The position numbers were made by a program, and so were the translations under genes. A stretch of DNA of 64,000 nt. It comes from the human T2T-CHM13v2.0 reference genome, Homo sapiens. Below, piece by piece: positions 25,663 to 39,300 of the stretch (within the stretch, counting starts at the first letter, position 1; each line of letters starts with the position of its first letter). The stretch lies in the NCBI RefSeq assembly GCF_009914755.1, contig NC_060932.1; one strand, given 5' to 3'. The notes under the pieces were generated by a model, which saw only the letters and a list, made by a program, of their open reading frames with translations, did no database searches and was not told where the DNA came from.

Positions 25663-27795
25663 GAGCGAACCGACTCTTTATGAAATCTTTCTCCCAACAA
25701 GCATCTGTTTTTGGAACAGTTGCCCACAGGCCTCTCTATTTGTTTTCAAAACAAAAGAGACTAATCTAAGTGGGCATCCACTATGCGGAGGGCCTAAAGG
25801 AGATGTTTAAAATACACGGACTCATTTGATGCCCCCAAGAACATACTGTTTTATAGACAAGAAAACTGAGTCTCAGAGAGGCTAAGTGACTTGCTCAGGG
25901 TCGTACAGCTAGCTCAGGGCTGGGGCCAGCATGGGAATCTGAGTCTCAGAGAGGTAAGTAATTTGCTCAGAGTTACAAGGCTTGTTCAGGGCTGGGTCTA
26001 GCCTGTAAATCCTTTGTCTTTTTACTCCCACTCCTAATTCCTTCAGTAATACCTTCATCCCAGCTTAATAAAACTTTAATTCTAAAAGCAGATGCTCTAA
26101 GAGCTGGGTCTGCTGGCAAGACCAGAGGAGAATGCACACAGGCCTGGGAGCTGGTGTGCACACTGCCCCGTGTCTGCAGGCACCCCCGCTCCTGACCGTG
26201 GTGAAGTTGTCCCTTCTCTCTGGACAGTAGTTGTCAACTTTGTCATAAAATCACTGGGATGGGTGGCTCCAAGACTGTGAGAGGAAATTTATCTCAATTG
26301 TTTCCCCTAATTTTATCTAATTTTCATTTTCTGCACTTTCTGTCTTTAGAACCCACAGTGGGCCAATCAACTCCCCTGAGATTGTGGCCAAGTCACTTTC
26401 CTCTTTTGGTGTCAGTTCGCCTTTCTATAAGTAGTGAGGGAGCCAGCTGGAGGCCTCCCTGTGTCCACCCCAGATTGGTGCCGGCCCTTGATGAGGCTTC
26501 GTGTACAACAACAGGAGAGGGGGCACCAGTGCGTATTGAGGAATTGTGTGTCCTAGGTGTGTTACATGTACTCTCCACTTGACCTCCACAACTCTCTGGA
26601 GTATGCGTCATTACGCTGAGGCCTTTTGTCTAACCGGGGAAACCAAGGCCAGAGCATTCACATAATGTGTCGGAGTTTGCCCAGCTGGAAAGTGCTGGAG
26701 GTGGTACTGGAACCCAGGCGTCTGGCTCTAGAGCCTGGCTCCCAGCTACCGTGTCCTTAGGCCTGAGGAAAGGGATGGAGGGCAGCTTAAAGCAGAGCTC
26801 TCCTTTTTTCTGGCAAGGTTATGGTACTCTTTTGTGTGCTAGAGGGTTACGCTTGTCATAGTTATTCAGTAGGTGGATTGATAGGTTTGTGGATAGAGCG
26901 GTGCAATGAGAGGTGGGTCCACACACTCTGGTGCTTGGAACTTGCATTCAGAGGATGCCTATTTTGAGCTGATTGTCCATGTGACTTGGATGGCATGCAG
27001 CGGGGAGAGGGGAGGAGTGGGGGGAGGAGGCGCACCTGCAAACTGGAGGGAACACGTTCAGCTCCCAGGGTTAGTGGGAGAATTAAATGAAACCGACTGC
27101 ACTGACTACACTTGGTCCCCTCTCTTCTCTCTCCCTGGCTCTGTTTCCTTCACGGCACATACCACGATTTGTCCTTATGTATTTGTTTCTCTAAATGCTT
27201 ACTGCTCCCAGGGCAACTTTCTTAGGATAGGGTTCATGTCTATTATATTCCTCAATGAAAAGCCATGATCTAGCCGGTGTCTGGCATATAATGCAAGCTC
27301 AGTTAGTTAGAATGAATGACTGAAGGTATTGTATATAAACTGCCTGGCACAGTATAGGCAAGAGGTGGTCCACTTCCAGGGAAGCCTGGACCGTCTGAGG
27401 TAGCTATTTTGCCCCTAAGCACAAGCCAGCAACAATTCTCACTTTCTTCGGAAGCTCTTTAAGTCTCCCAACTTCACTCACCAACCCCTTCTACACACAT
27501 ATACACACCAAGTCCTCCAGCCCTGGTTGCAGTCTGCCTGGTGCTAAGGAGTGAAGTGTGACTTTGCAAAGCTGTTTGACAACAAAAGAGAACCACTGAG
27601 CCCCCAACCCCTAAAATTGCTGTCTTAGCTAGAATTACCATAATCAAATTGCCTCCTCCCTTAGCGGTTCTCAGATAGGAGGAAGTGGTTTGAACAGAGT
27701 GTACTTATTTCCTTCGGAACTTGTAGGGAGATTGAGAGAGGGAGGAAGTCGATCACATGATGTGACCTCAATGGATATTTTATTGCAGGAAGAGA

Positions 27796-27852
27796 GGGAT
27801 AGATGGATAGATGGATAGATAGATAGATGGATAGATAGATAGATGGACAGAT
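27796..27852 (+). repeat. (GATA/GGAT)n tetranucleotide STR
   Basis: Seen directly. Confidence 0.9.
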
Positions 27853-28712
27853 AAATGTATGAACAGGACCCTTGGGCTGCTAACAAGAACCAAATGGTTT
27901 GGTCTGAAATATGCTGGAAATTTTGATGGGAACTTTAAGTTTCAGCCTCTCTCAGAGCTGGGAGAAATACATTCTTGATGAATGTCAAATAAAAACATAA
28001 AACCCAGCAGCATCTATTAATGCAGGGCACTGATTTAGGTGCACTAGAATGAATAATTTCTGTCTTTAAAAAGGCTCATTTCCCTTGGAAATACATTGCC
28101 AGATTTCACAATTTAGAATGGGGAAGTTTTCTTCTGAAAGTGACTTAGGAAAGTGTTATTCGGAAAGCGACTTTAGTTTGCTGCAATGCAAACCTACCCC
28201 TGTCTGTTTCGTTTATATCAGATGGAGGAACAAGCAGAAATACATATTCAGAAAAATGGAGGAGTGCCCCACTCATTGCTTTAGCTGTTTAATCCATCAT
28301 ATTTAACACTGTTTATTAATAGCTTTCTGCCTAGGAAATGTAAAAGGGATTGGATATATTTTAATTGTCTGATTTAGAAATGATATCAATAGCTCCTATT
28401 TAGTACCTATTATCTCCTAGATAGTACATGTAAACTTCTTTCAAACATACAGAGAAACTGGTCTTCTTTTTATGAGGAAAATACTCGAAGGGGCAAAGTG
28501 ACTTGTACAGAGTCACAGAGTTCTTTGGTGGCCGACCCAGAATGTTGACACAGGTGCAGCTATTACGGCACAATCTTTCTATGTTGCCATCTTGCTGCTC
28601 TGATCTAGATTGTAGATCTGTTTAAGATGAAGGAATCTAATTAGATTTCAATTTGTCTATTCCATAGGTTTTTAATATTATTATACTTTCAGAGCATATT
28701 AAGCACTCTTAA

Positions 28713-28931
<219 letters not shown>

Positions 28932-30217
28932 TAGTTGCAACAAATTTGCCAGAATTTTTACCTGGGCTTACCTCTCCACTTTTCGAAGGACCACAGCCCA
29001 GTTTAATAGACTTGCAGCTCAGCATCTCATAGCAAACCACACAATGACAATTTAAAGACTATGGGGTGCATTTTTTCCTAAAGTCAAGGGCACCACTTTA
29101 AACACAGGCCTCAGCTCTGCATCCGCTTGTTCTCGCTGAGGCTTCCCCAACCCTTTAGAGCCCCTCACTTGCCTCTACCTCCCACCAGCTCCGTGACTTG
29201 GACAAGCCACCTAACTTCTCTGAGCCTCATTTCCTCAGTTTTCAAAAGCAAATAACAATCACAATCCTATAGGATTGTTCTGAGGATTGCAGAAAAATAA
29301 CTTTTTATGCATTGCTCCTCCCCAGCCACTCGGGATGGTGGATATCACCTCCTGACACCCCCATGCACAGCCCCAAATGAGGACATTCTGAGGCCAAAGC
29401 TCAGGTCACTTCTTTGACACCAGGCTCTCTCCATATGTAGACACCTAAAAGAATGTGGAGTGTGCCATATTTCTTAGAAAATTCCCGTTGTCCTAAATCT
29501 CTTCCAACTCTAACATGCTGTTTTCAGAATTTATATACTTCACATGTTTGCCTTTCCTTTGATTCCTCCTTTTCCCCATACACATACCACCTGCTCAGAT
29601 TGTTATTAATTATCTTCGGCATCTTCTTAAAGAAGATGCATACAATCACACTCCAAGTAGCGCTATTGCAATCCCTCAACCCACCTGGCTCCATGCACCT
29701 TTAGACATCATGACTCCAGCCTGATAGCGTTTACTGAGCACCTGCTGTATGCTGAAACTGGCCTGGGCACCTAGCATATGTCAATTTCTTCACTTTGCCC
29801 TATACCTGTGTGCATTAGGTACCATCATTGTCACTTTACAGATGAGAAAATGAAGGTCTGGAGAGGTTTAAATGAGTCCCTCAAGGTCGCACAGCTAGGA
29901 ATTCTGATGGCAAATCCCAATTGTCCTTTGTAAGAAGCCTGCTAAGTACAAGCCTTTTTGGCGAGAATGTCTCCTCTGGCAGCATCCTGCCCCTGCTCCT
30001 CCAGCCCTTCTCTCCACAGAATTATGCATCCAACACCCACTGAGCCACTGCAGTGTGCTGGGCACCAGGTTGGGGGCTGGGCTTCTCTCAAGACATTGCC
30101 CCACCTGTTCTCAGGGAGCTCCTTTCTGACTCCAGAAAGTCAACCCCTGCCAACTGCGTGTTGAAGAGGCCCTGAAGTCTCTCCCCACCCCATCTCTGCC
30201 ACATCCCCCCAAAATAC

Positions 30218-30495
30218 CTTCACACACTGGGCATGACTCCTGTGGGAGCTGTCTGCAGAGGGATTGCTGGGTGCAGAGTCACTGCCTCTCCGTCTGTCAA
30301 CTGCTGCTGCTCCAGAATAAACAGGCAGCCGGGCCTCTCGCGGTTGTGGAGAAGCAGCCCATGCTACACAGAAGAACTGCAGTTGCTAAACTGGCCGCAT
30401 ACTTCCTCTGCTAGGAACGAGGAAGGCACAGGGCTTGCAGAAGGGCAGGTTCCTGTTTTCAGTAACCACTCTGAGCAAGCTTCTCTCTGCAAGGA
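30218..30495 (-). other. SLA: SLA 5'UTR cassette exon (278 nt)
   Basis: Acceptor ctatcttcccag|TCC, donor GAAG|gtattt; length matches my recall of the c.-318..c.-41 exon. Confidence 0.8.
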
Positions 30496-30859
30496 CTGGG
30501 AAGATAGATGGGTTATTAATTTTTTTACAAAGCATTTGAGAATATGGCCAGCTTAACTCTGGATTCTGGAATTTCAGAAGCTTGGTCTTCTTTCTCTAAT
30601 TAAAAGGCAAATCAATGGGGCTGTGAATTTGCTCTTGTACATCCCCAGAGCTCTCTGGGCCCACGAAGGCTGTGGCTAAGAGCTGCAGCTTCTCTGATTT
30701 CGGTTTCCCAATTTTTGCAGCTTCCTTCTGTTACTGCCGAATGGACCCCAGAGCAATGCTTTGAGATTAAAGGAGACTAAAGAGACACAATGACTTGGTG
30801 CCAATGTGTGCGTCAAGGGAAAAAAACTAGAAAGAACATTATGAGATGGCAGTTGTTTG

Positions 30860-31290
30860 AATATATACTGCACAGTTGATAATACTGTTCCAGTCTTAAG
30901 TTTCTTGGACATGGTAATAATAGTGTGGTTATGCGGGAGAACGTCTAGTTCTTAGGGGACATGCGGTGACCAAGAGGATGTCTCGTATCATGACGGCTAT
31001 ATCTTTCAAAGAGTTTGTTAAAAGAAAAGCTGCATCCCTATATCTACAGCCATCATATTGGCACAAAAGTTATTGTGGTTTCTGCCATAGAAGTAATGGC
31101 AAAAACCACAATCATTGTGGCACCAACCTAATACATCTACATCTATATATCAAGACACAGGAAGAGAATGAGGGAGACAGAAGGCAAACGGGACAAAATG
31201 TTAATACTTGGTGAGCCTAGGTGAAGGGGATATAGGTGTGCATTGTTCTACTCTTGCAAGTTTTTGGTGAGTTTGATGTTAAAATACGTG
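30860..31290 (+). mobile_element. Old L1M 3' fragment interrupted by MADE1
   Basis: gtggttatgcgggagaacgtct...caaaatgttaatacttggtgagcctaggtgaagggga...ttcta resembles L1MC/ME 3'UTR. Confidence 0.55.
31053..31131. mobile_element. MADE1 mariner-derived MITE (~80-bp palindrome)
   Basis: ttggcacaaaagttattgtggtttctgccat/atggcaaaaaccacaatcattgtggcaccaacctaa. Confidence 0.88.
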
Positions 31291-33038
31291 TGTCTTTATG
31301 TTATATATTATAAAATGTATGTTGTATATGTTATACATTATGTAAATATTGCATATAAAATCTCCCTACTTACAGTACGTGAGTCTCAAGCAGAGAAACT
31401 CAGGCACATGGGGCTTCAGAGCTTATTGATGAAACAGGTAAAATTTCTGGAATGCTGACCCCAAGATTGCCTGGGAATTGCCTGCTTGAGCTTGGAATGC
31501 CAGGTAACCACACTGGGATGGCCCTCAGAGCCCCTCACAGCCCCTCACACCTCACAGAGTGGACAGAGCATCAGAGACTTGAGTGATCTGTCCACAGTCA
31601 CACAGCTAGTCCCAAAGAAGAGCCAGGGCCAGAATCTACGGCCGGTGACCCAGGCCCCAGTCCAGTGAGGCTGACACAGCCACCCTGGGACAGTCATTTG
31701 GAAACCTCACTTGGGGTAGTTTGCAAAGATGAATCAAAACCCTCAGGGCTGCTTCTAAATTTAGCAGGCAGGCACTCTGCACTAGAGAGATGGTTCCTTA
31801 GACAACTTGTGAAAACACCCGCTCAAGAAGAGCATGCTGGGAAGGTACAAAGGAACTATTGCAAAAGACTGAGTGGGCAGTTTGCTTTACAGGGAAGACG
31901 GGATAGGCAGAAATATGCAGAAGTGGAGATTTTCCCCCAAATTCACACAGAGGAGTAAAAGAGCTTTAGACTGATAGTCAGAGGTATGAGTTTTGTGATG
32001 ACTTTTTAATAGACACTTACCAAGAAAGAATCTAGTACAGATGAAGCTCTGAATTTATTCCCTGTCATTTCTTTAGTAAAACTTTATTGAGCAAGGCATA
32101 TTCCACAAACTGGGATTTAGCTGTAAAAAAAAAAAAAAAACAACAACTGCAAAAGCCCTGCCCTTCCCTGTACTTAACTTAATTTAAAGGGGACTACAGA
32201 GACATGGCGACTTGGTGCAAAGTGTGGGTCACGGGAAAAGAACTAGAAAGAACATTATGGGGTGGCGGTTATTTGAATATGTACTACACAGCAGATTCTA
32301 CTACTTCCCCTAGGAGGAGTCCTATGGGAAAGACTGAATATGTGACTATCAATTATGGCGACCCATCAAAGAAACTCAATGGGTTGATGGGACCGAGGGG
32401 CGCAGATGTGCTACTTTGCACAGGTGGCCAGTCGTGGGGTGGATGGGCTCTCTCTAGAGATATCATTAGGCTGAGAACTGTAGGAGGAAAGGAAGCCAGC
32501 CCTGGGACAAGCCAGGGCATGAGAGGTGTGCGCAGAAGGGACTGCTGGTTTCACACAAGCTTTAAAAGTTTTTGGGAAAGACAATCAGCCCTAAAGATGT
32601 TCAAGTCAGAGGCAGAGGCAGACAAGAGAGAGGCCCATAGAGTGGGTTCCTGTTCAAGGGGTCCCGTTCACAGGAGAAGCTACAGAAGAAGGAGAAAGGC
32701 AGGATGCAGAGCCCTGGAGGTCAGGGCCGCAGGCTCTTCTCTGTTTTTGTCCAGTGGGTCATTGGGTGACTGAAGGGTTGCTGCTAACCTCCCCTGACCC
32801 CCAGCCCGGGGTGTTTATGACCCTCCCTTTCGCCTCCTGGAGTAACCGAGGAAACTTAGTAGGTTTGAGAAAGTGTTCCTCATACTGGGCACTGTGCTAT
32901 CCCAAAGCCTGGGCTGTGCCAGAGCAGGGGGATGGAATGGAGGTTTTGGCCCTGGGCCCAACCAGAGACGGCAGGGCTGAAGCCCGATGCCACGCTAGAC
33001 AGGTGACTCAAATCTTAGGCCTCTGTTTTCAGTAACCC

Positions 33039-33094
33039 CAAGCGGGGTCTCAGCCTCAGCACTTTGGACATTTTGGATCAGGGCATTCTCTGGT

Positions 33095-33137
<43 letters not shown>

Positions 33138-33327
33138 TATGTGTGTGTGTGCGGCAGAGTTGCAGGGCTGACCTGTGCATTGGAGGATGTGCCACAGCAT
33201 CTCTGGACCTGACCCCCTAGACAGCAGGAGCCCCCCGCACCCCTCCAAGTCATGACAACCAAAAATGTCCCAGAAATTGTCAAATGTGCCCTAGGGAGCA
33301 AAAATTGCCCCCAGTTGAGAACCACTG
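33039..33327 (+). mobile_element. MER20 containing an expanded (TG)n tract (~33093-33151)
   Basis: 5' cagcactttggacattttgg; 3' acaaccaaaaatgtc...aaattgcccccagttgagaaccactg. Confidence 0.88.
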
Positions 33328-36300
33328 GATCATACCCATCCCAAAATAAGACACGTGTGAAGGTTGTTCTTTCTTGGGTTGTAAAGTGCTGCCCTGAGGG
33401 CAGTTGGTTTTCCTGCTTTTGTGTGGACTCAGCTCTGCAGCACGTCTGCCTGTGCTCTCTGGTACACATCTAAGAAGCTGCTGTGTAGCAAGGCTCCTTT
33501 GGGTGGCTGTGTCACCCATCCTTCCTCTCCACCATCATACACGTGACCCAAGAAGAGGAACTGGTTTGTGGTCTGTTCAGGAGTCCCTGGGAATTAGGGC
33601 TTGGAAGCTACAGTATGGGCAGCCTGTGAGCTGCATCTTAAAGGAGGAGCAGTTTGCTGTCAAGAACTGGGGTGGGAGCATGTGAGCCACGAGCTGCCTA
33701 AGGACAGTAGAGGAAGAGCAGGAGGTGGACTTCTCACAACAGAGGCCCAGCCAGGGAGGACTGTATTGTGAGTTCGCTTCCATGTCTTCCCTGCTCCTCC
33801 ACCACCCTAACCATTCCTCTCTCAACCATTTTCCATACTGTTCCTCAGTGATTCACACACCTTTTTCTTCTAATCCATCAAGAAGTCTCGAGTCCAAGAA
33901 TATTGTCATTTATTCAAGCATGCATTTTGTGCTCCATACATTCATTCAGTTATTCATTCAACAAATTTTGTTAGCACTCACTGTGTGCCAGACGCTATGC
34001 ATGTAACTGTACTGTGTGCCAGGCAAGACTAGGCCCTACCCTCAAGGAGTTCAAAGCTAAACACTCTTTTTTCTCTGTTTTCCAGGCCCAGAACAAAACA
34101 ATGTTCATTACGTATTTGCTGAATTACTCACTTTAGCCAACATCTATTGTAAATTTCGTGTATGTATAACCTATATTCAGAGGACAGACGGGGAGAGAAT
34201 TCTCAGGTAGTGCATGAATGTATCTCCATCCCTCCCTGCCCTCAAGGAGTTTCTGATCTAGCAGAGGAGACAGACACACATATCAAAACCCCAGGGTGTA
34301 AAGAAAGATGTCGGTAGGGAGGGGGCCAGTAGAGGAGACCAAGAAACCTCTAGGGCTCCTGGTTTCACACAGGAACTTCATGGCACTGAGGCATGGCGGG
34401 ACCACATCAGATTCCATCCCAGCAGCTTGGTCTTCTAGGTCCATGTACTGAGTCAGCACAAGAAGCAAAGACAAAAACACATAGCAGGTGATGCCCCCAC
34501 CAAGGACGTCAAGTGTAAGCATGGAGTCAGGCCAGGCTCTGCTGTACTGGCCGAATGACACTGTCAGGAGGTCAGGCTTTAGGACTCAAAAAGACACCCA
34601 GTACCATCTGTGTAGGAAGCAGCTGATTTCCAGAGGGCTTTGCAAATTAATTAGAATTAACTACTGGGGCCCAGACTAATGACCATAGGCAAATAATAAC
34701 AATGCCAGCCATGCAAGGATTGAGAGTCACTCAGTTAAGTACTACGCTGTGGTCATCACCTTATTAAAGTGAAATGTTCCCCTATGTAAAAACTAGCTTT
34801 ACATACTTCACGTTGTCAGGAGCCAGTTGTTATATTTCTCCAACATGTGTTGATGGGTTTCCCAGGGGAAGCAATAAAAAGCCACTTCTCCAGCTTCAGG
34901 TCTCGGAGGAGTTCCAGGTTCTAGGAGGTTAAGAGCTCCTAAGGCAATTCAGCATCATGCGGCAGATGTGATGTTGCAGCCCCATGCTGGGTCAGAGTCA
35001 CAGCTTGGTCCAGTATGAGCAGATTTCCATTCCTACTTTATAGCTTGATTTGTTTTCCTCTTTCAACAGAAATATTCAAAAGTTTGGAAGAAGGAAAAGG
35101 CAGTCTTGGGAACTAGAAAGCTTTCTATCGATGGAGAAAACCAAGTGTAAGCTAATTCATTTGGTAGAGAAGTTCAATACCACTTATTGAATGCAAGGCA
35201 TGACACTTGGTGCTATAAAACTGTTGATGGGATTCCCATATCAAACCATATGACCTTCAAGATCGCATACAAGATAGAAGTTCTCGAGAGTAAAGTTTTG
35301 CCCCCTCTATGGCTAGATGAGTGCTGACCCACTTATACAATAATTTAATAACAGTTTTTTGAACCCCTTCAATGTGTTAGGCATTTCTCTGGGTATGGAG
35401 TTAGAGAAATAAATGAGTAAAGTCATAGAAGGGAACTGAAGGCATGGGGACAGTAAGAGGAACTCTCCCCTTAGAAAGGTGACATTTGAAATGAGTCCAG
35501 AGTGACTCTGGCATGAAAATCAAGAGGAAAAAACACCAGGCAAAGGACATAACTGGTACAAAAGTTTGGGGCTGGAAATACTTGTGTTCAAGGAGCAGAC
35601 AGAAAGGAAAGGGAATGAATATTGGGGAAATGCAACTTGGCCTTTGCGTATGTTACGTATTTAGTCTTTCCACTCACTCTATGTATCTAGACTTCACCTG
35701 AAGAAACTGGCACTCATAGGGCTTAACATAGTTGCCTCCAGTCACTCAGCTGATGAGTGACACCACTAGGCCTAGGCTCATGGGCTCTGGAAGTAGGAAA
35801 TTTGCTGTCACTATTTCACTAGCCTCCCATTGGGTCTTCCCACGTCCCACCTCTCCCCGCCAATGCTCCCTTCCCATCCTCTTTCAGCCCTGTGTTTCCA
35901 AATAAGACTCAGGCCCTGCTGCTATCCTCCTCAAGCAGCTGCCCCAAACTCAGGACCATCTTCATCCCTTTCCCACAGGAACCACTTCACCCCTTTCCTG
36001 GCATTCAAAGCTCATCAATCTGTTCTCCACCCTCCTTATCAGCCCCATGGCAATGTCAGCACTCAAGGCCTCCATGCCCCACTCACCATAGGAACTCCCC
36101 TACCACTGTGCACTGTAGACAAGCCCCTCACCTCTTCCTCATGCACTTCACCACTGCCCTTTCTTTCCTGTGTGGATGCCTTTCCCCCTGCAAGGGCATG
36201 GGGCAGGTCCCTTCAGGCCCAACCCAGTGCTAACATCTAGGAAGATGTCCATGCATCTTCCTAGATGCCTCTCAACCAACAATGATTGCTCCCTCTCAGA

Positions 36301-39300
36301 AGGCCACTTGGTGTTTTATTTGCATCCTAGGAATGGGACACATTGCGTATTGGAGTAACGAGCAAGAGAGGATTTGAAGTACTTAGGAGTTGTGTGATCT
36401 TGTGGGACTCTCTGATTCTTTCTCTCAGCCCAGTGATGTTACTAATACTACTTTATCATGAGGGTCCATACATAATAATGTGTACAGCCCACCTGGTCTC
36501 CTGGTCTAGCGCAAGGCGCATAGGACGGGACCCACCAGATAGAGGTGCTTTTCTTTCCTTTCAAATTGGAGCCTGAGCTTGGGAAGGCAGGAGTATGTCT
36601 AACCATGACCATGGAGCCTAGCACAGAGGCTATCCCCAAAGATGTGATCCGTAACTATCCCTCAGTAAAAGAATAAATGAAGGTTGTGCCTTTTGAATTA
36701 AAGTAAATAAATTGTGAATGGTGACTTTTCACCTCTGGGGAAGACAATAAGCTAACTATGAAAACCATCTGGGGGGAGAGCAGACCCTATTGTTTCTCTG
36801 GAGATAAAAGTTTATGTTTCTGGAACATCTCCAAAGTTGGATCAGCGGTCCATCTGGATGAGCTGATTTCTCCAGCTGGAGTGGAACCTAAATGTGTATG
36901 TCATCAGAATCTTCGGGAGGTCTTTTGGCCCTAAAATTATTCTCAGGAAGAAGAAGAAAAAAAAAGTAGCCGCTTTATGTCCACCACAACTGTCTGCTGC
37001 GAAGAGCTGCACAGATATGTTGATTCGTTCAAGCTGTTCTCTTCTGTCATTGCTCAACCTAGACCCACTGCCTCCACATCGGGGGAGATCTTACTGTTCT
37101 CAGCCATGCAAGGGTTGATGAAGAGGTCAGCAGTGTTCCCAGAGGTTGGGAAGTTCTCTGAGCAGGACCCAATTTCAGTTGTTTGCAATGTTGCTTGCTT
37201 TGCTCACTTCCTGTAGCTGCACTCCTGTGTAAGCCTTCCTGCCTCTGACGGATTGTCACACAGGCCCCACTCAAGAGAACACAGCTCCAACAGAAGCGCA
37301 GAGGAGGAAACAGGCATCTCATTTCTAAGCAAAGAGGGCTGTAGCCAGGAATGTTGAAACCTTGTATTGTATCTTCCCTTGGTGCCAATTTAGAGTCTAT
37401 CTTCTGCAAAGGGCACAGAGATCCTTGTGAACTCTGTTTAAGGACACAGACAAAAGACAAAGTCTTCCCATGTATGTGGTGTATGGTGTAGGGTGTACGG
37501 TGCTGGTGTTGGTGGTGTTGGGTGTTGTCAGGCCGCATGAAGGGAATTTTTTCAAGGGTGTCTCATAACACCAACCTTCCTTATCTTTTCTATTGGTCTG
37601 ACTTTCAAAAACTGTAAGTTCCAAGAAGGCAGGAGTGTATCTGTTTGGCCAGTTATTGACAGCTAGCTTTGGCACTTTGCATGACTGGGGCAACTAGCAA
37701 AGGTCCACTGGAAAGACGGAGGAAAAGAAGGGACGGAGGGCAGGAGAGACAGGGAGCAAGTTAAGAAAAAAATCTTTCCCTCCTTGTAGATTGCAAACTT
37801 TCTTAAGGCCTTAATCGTTTTTGATTCCCTGCAGCATTGGGCACATAGAAGGAGCTCACAGATGCCCATGGAATTATCCTGATAATCGACTAGCTTGCTG
37901 CAGCAGAGCAGGCTGTGGGCACCGGGAAAGTGGAAACAGCGGCTGGACATTGAGCAATAAGGCCTTTGCGGCTAGCTTCCCCACGTCACCGGAGTCAGGC
38001 CTCTTAAACACTCTGCCCTGGTATTTTCACCTCCTAAACAATAATGCCATTAAACCTTGCCCAATCACTTCTAAGTGTGCTTGAACAGCACAAAATGACG
38101 GTAGGATCTGTAACAGCATTATGATGACTTTTATTACAGTTTCCTCTAATGTTCTCATTCTATGATGCCTTAATACTTTCATGGCATATACTTTTTTTCT
38201 AATGATAAGATTCTGTTATTGTTATCAGTTTATGCTGATAGCAATTTGCCAAAGCAAACTCGAAACTAGCCTCGATGTAATTTAAAACAGTGTCATCCAG
38301 TTATAACCAACTAGATGGGTGTGAAATCATCTGTCAGCGCCTGCTTCCATGCCCACTGAGCCACAACTAATTACACTTAGTGGCGTGGGGCAGACATGGA
38401 GGGAGAGCGATGAGTAGGCAGGCCTAGTTGCTATAGAAATAGTTCTGGCCAAAACAATATTTCAATCCCAAGAACCATTTTTAGGCTGGAAAATTTTATT
38501 TTTGTTTGAGTAGCAATAATAAATAATTATAACCTGTAAAGCATGGTACAGATGTCAGTTATCATTATTTATTATTGGTAATACTTTATAACCTGTAAAA
38601 CACTATACAGTTGTCAGTTATCAAGTATTTTTTGAACCTGTTACTTAATTTTCACAAGAACTCTTTGAAATATCAATTGATTTTAACAATTGCTACCACT
38701 ATTTATTGTAAACTTGAAACATGTATGCACTTTACATGTTATCTCATCAATTCATCTTAACAAATGAATGAGGTAAATATTCTCATCCCTATTTTACATT
38801 AGGGGAAACTAAGGCACTGGGACTTTAAATAGTTTTCCTAAGAACACACAGCTGGTTAGAGGGGGTGTTGGACTTGAATCTGGGCTGATGGACCCCATGG
38901 CCTATGCTCTTGATGCCACACCTTGAAACATAGCACATACCCATTTTACAGATGAGGAAATGGAGACCCAGAGAATGAAGCCAATTATCAAGTTGTCAGT
39001 GCAAGAGTCAGTAAGATTTCTTCAACCCGAAAGCCCATGGTCTCTCTATTTTTTTTCTGCATCTCTTTAAAATAATAATAATTATTTTATTTGAAGAGGA
39101 TTTGAAGAGGATAATGTTGGAATTGTGTGATGTGGGTTCCAGAATCTAAGCAGGCTCACGGACTCACATGTGCCCTTCTCATCCAGTGCCCTGCTGCCCC
39201 GTCCAGGTTCTAGTGAAGCCACCTCCTCCTCAGATGGTCCCTCTGCACCCAGTGGTTCCCAGTTTTCCCCCTGGCTCCCCTCTCTCTGCATGGAGCCACC

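Noticed and set aside
25861-25975. Direct repeat gagtctcagagagg..aagt.a.ttgctcag
   Set aside because: Local duplication within a MIR core; ordinary
31704-31716. Possible minus-strand donor CAA|gtgagg for another SLA leader exon
   Set aside because: Weak donor with no supporting acceptor, ORF or TSS evidence in the sequence
32204-32773. 189-aa ORF with a good Kozak ATG and a small CCCATCAA/TTGATGGG hairpin
   Set aside because: No family similarity recognised; an 8-bp stem is expected by chance
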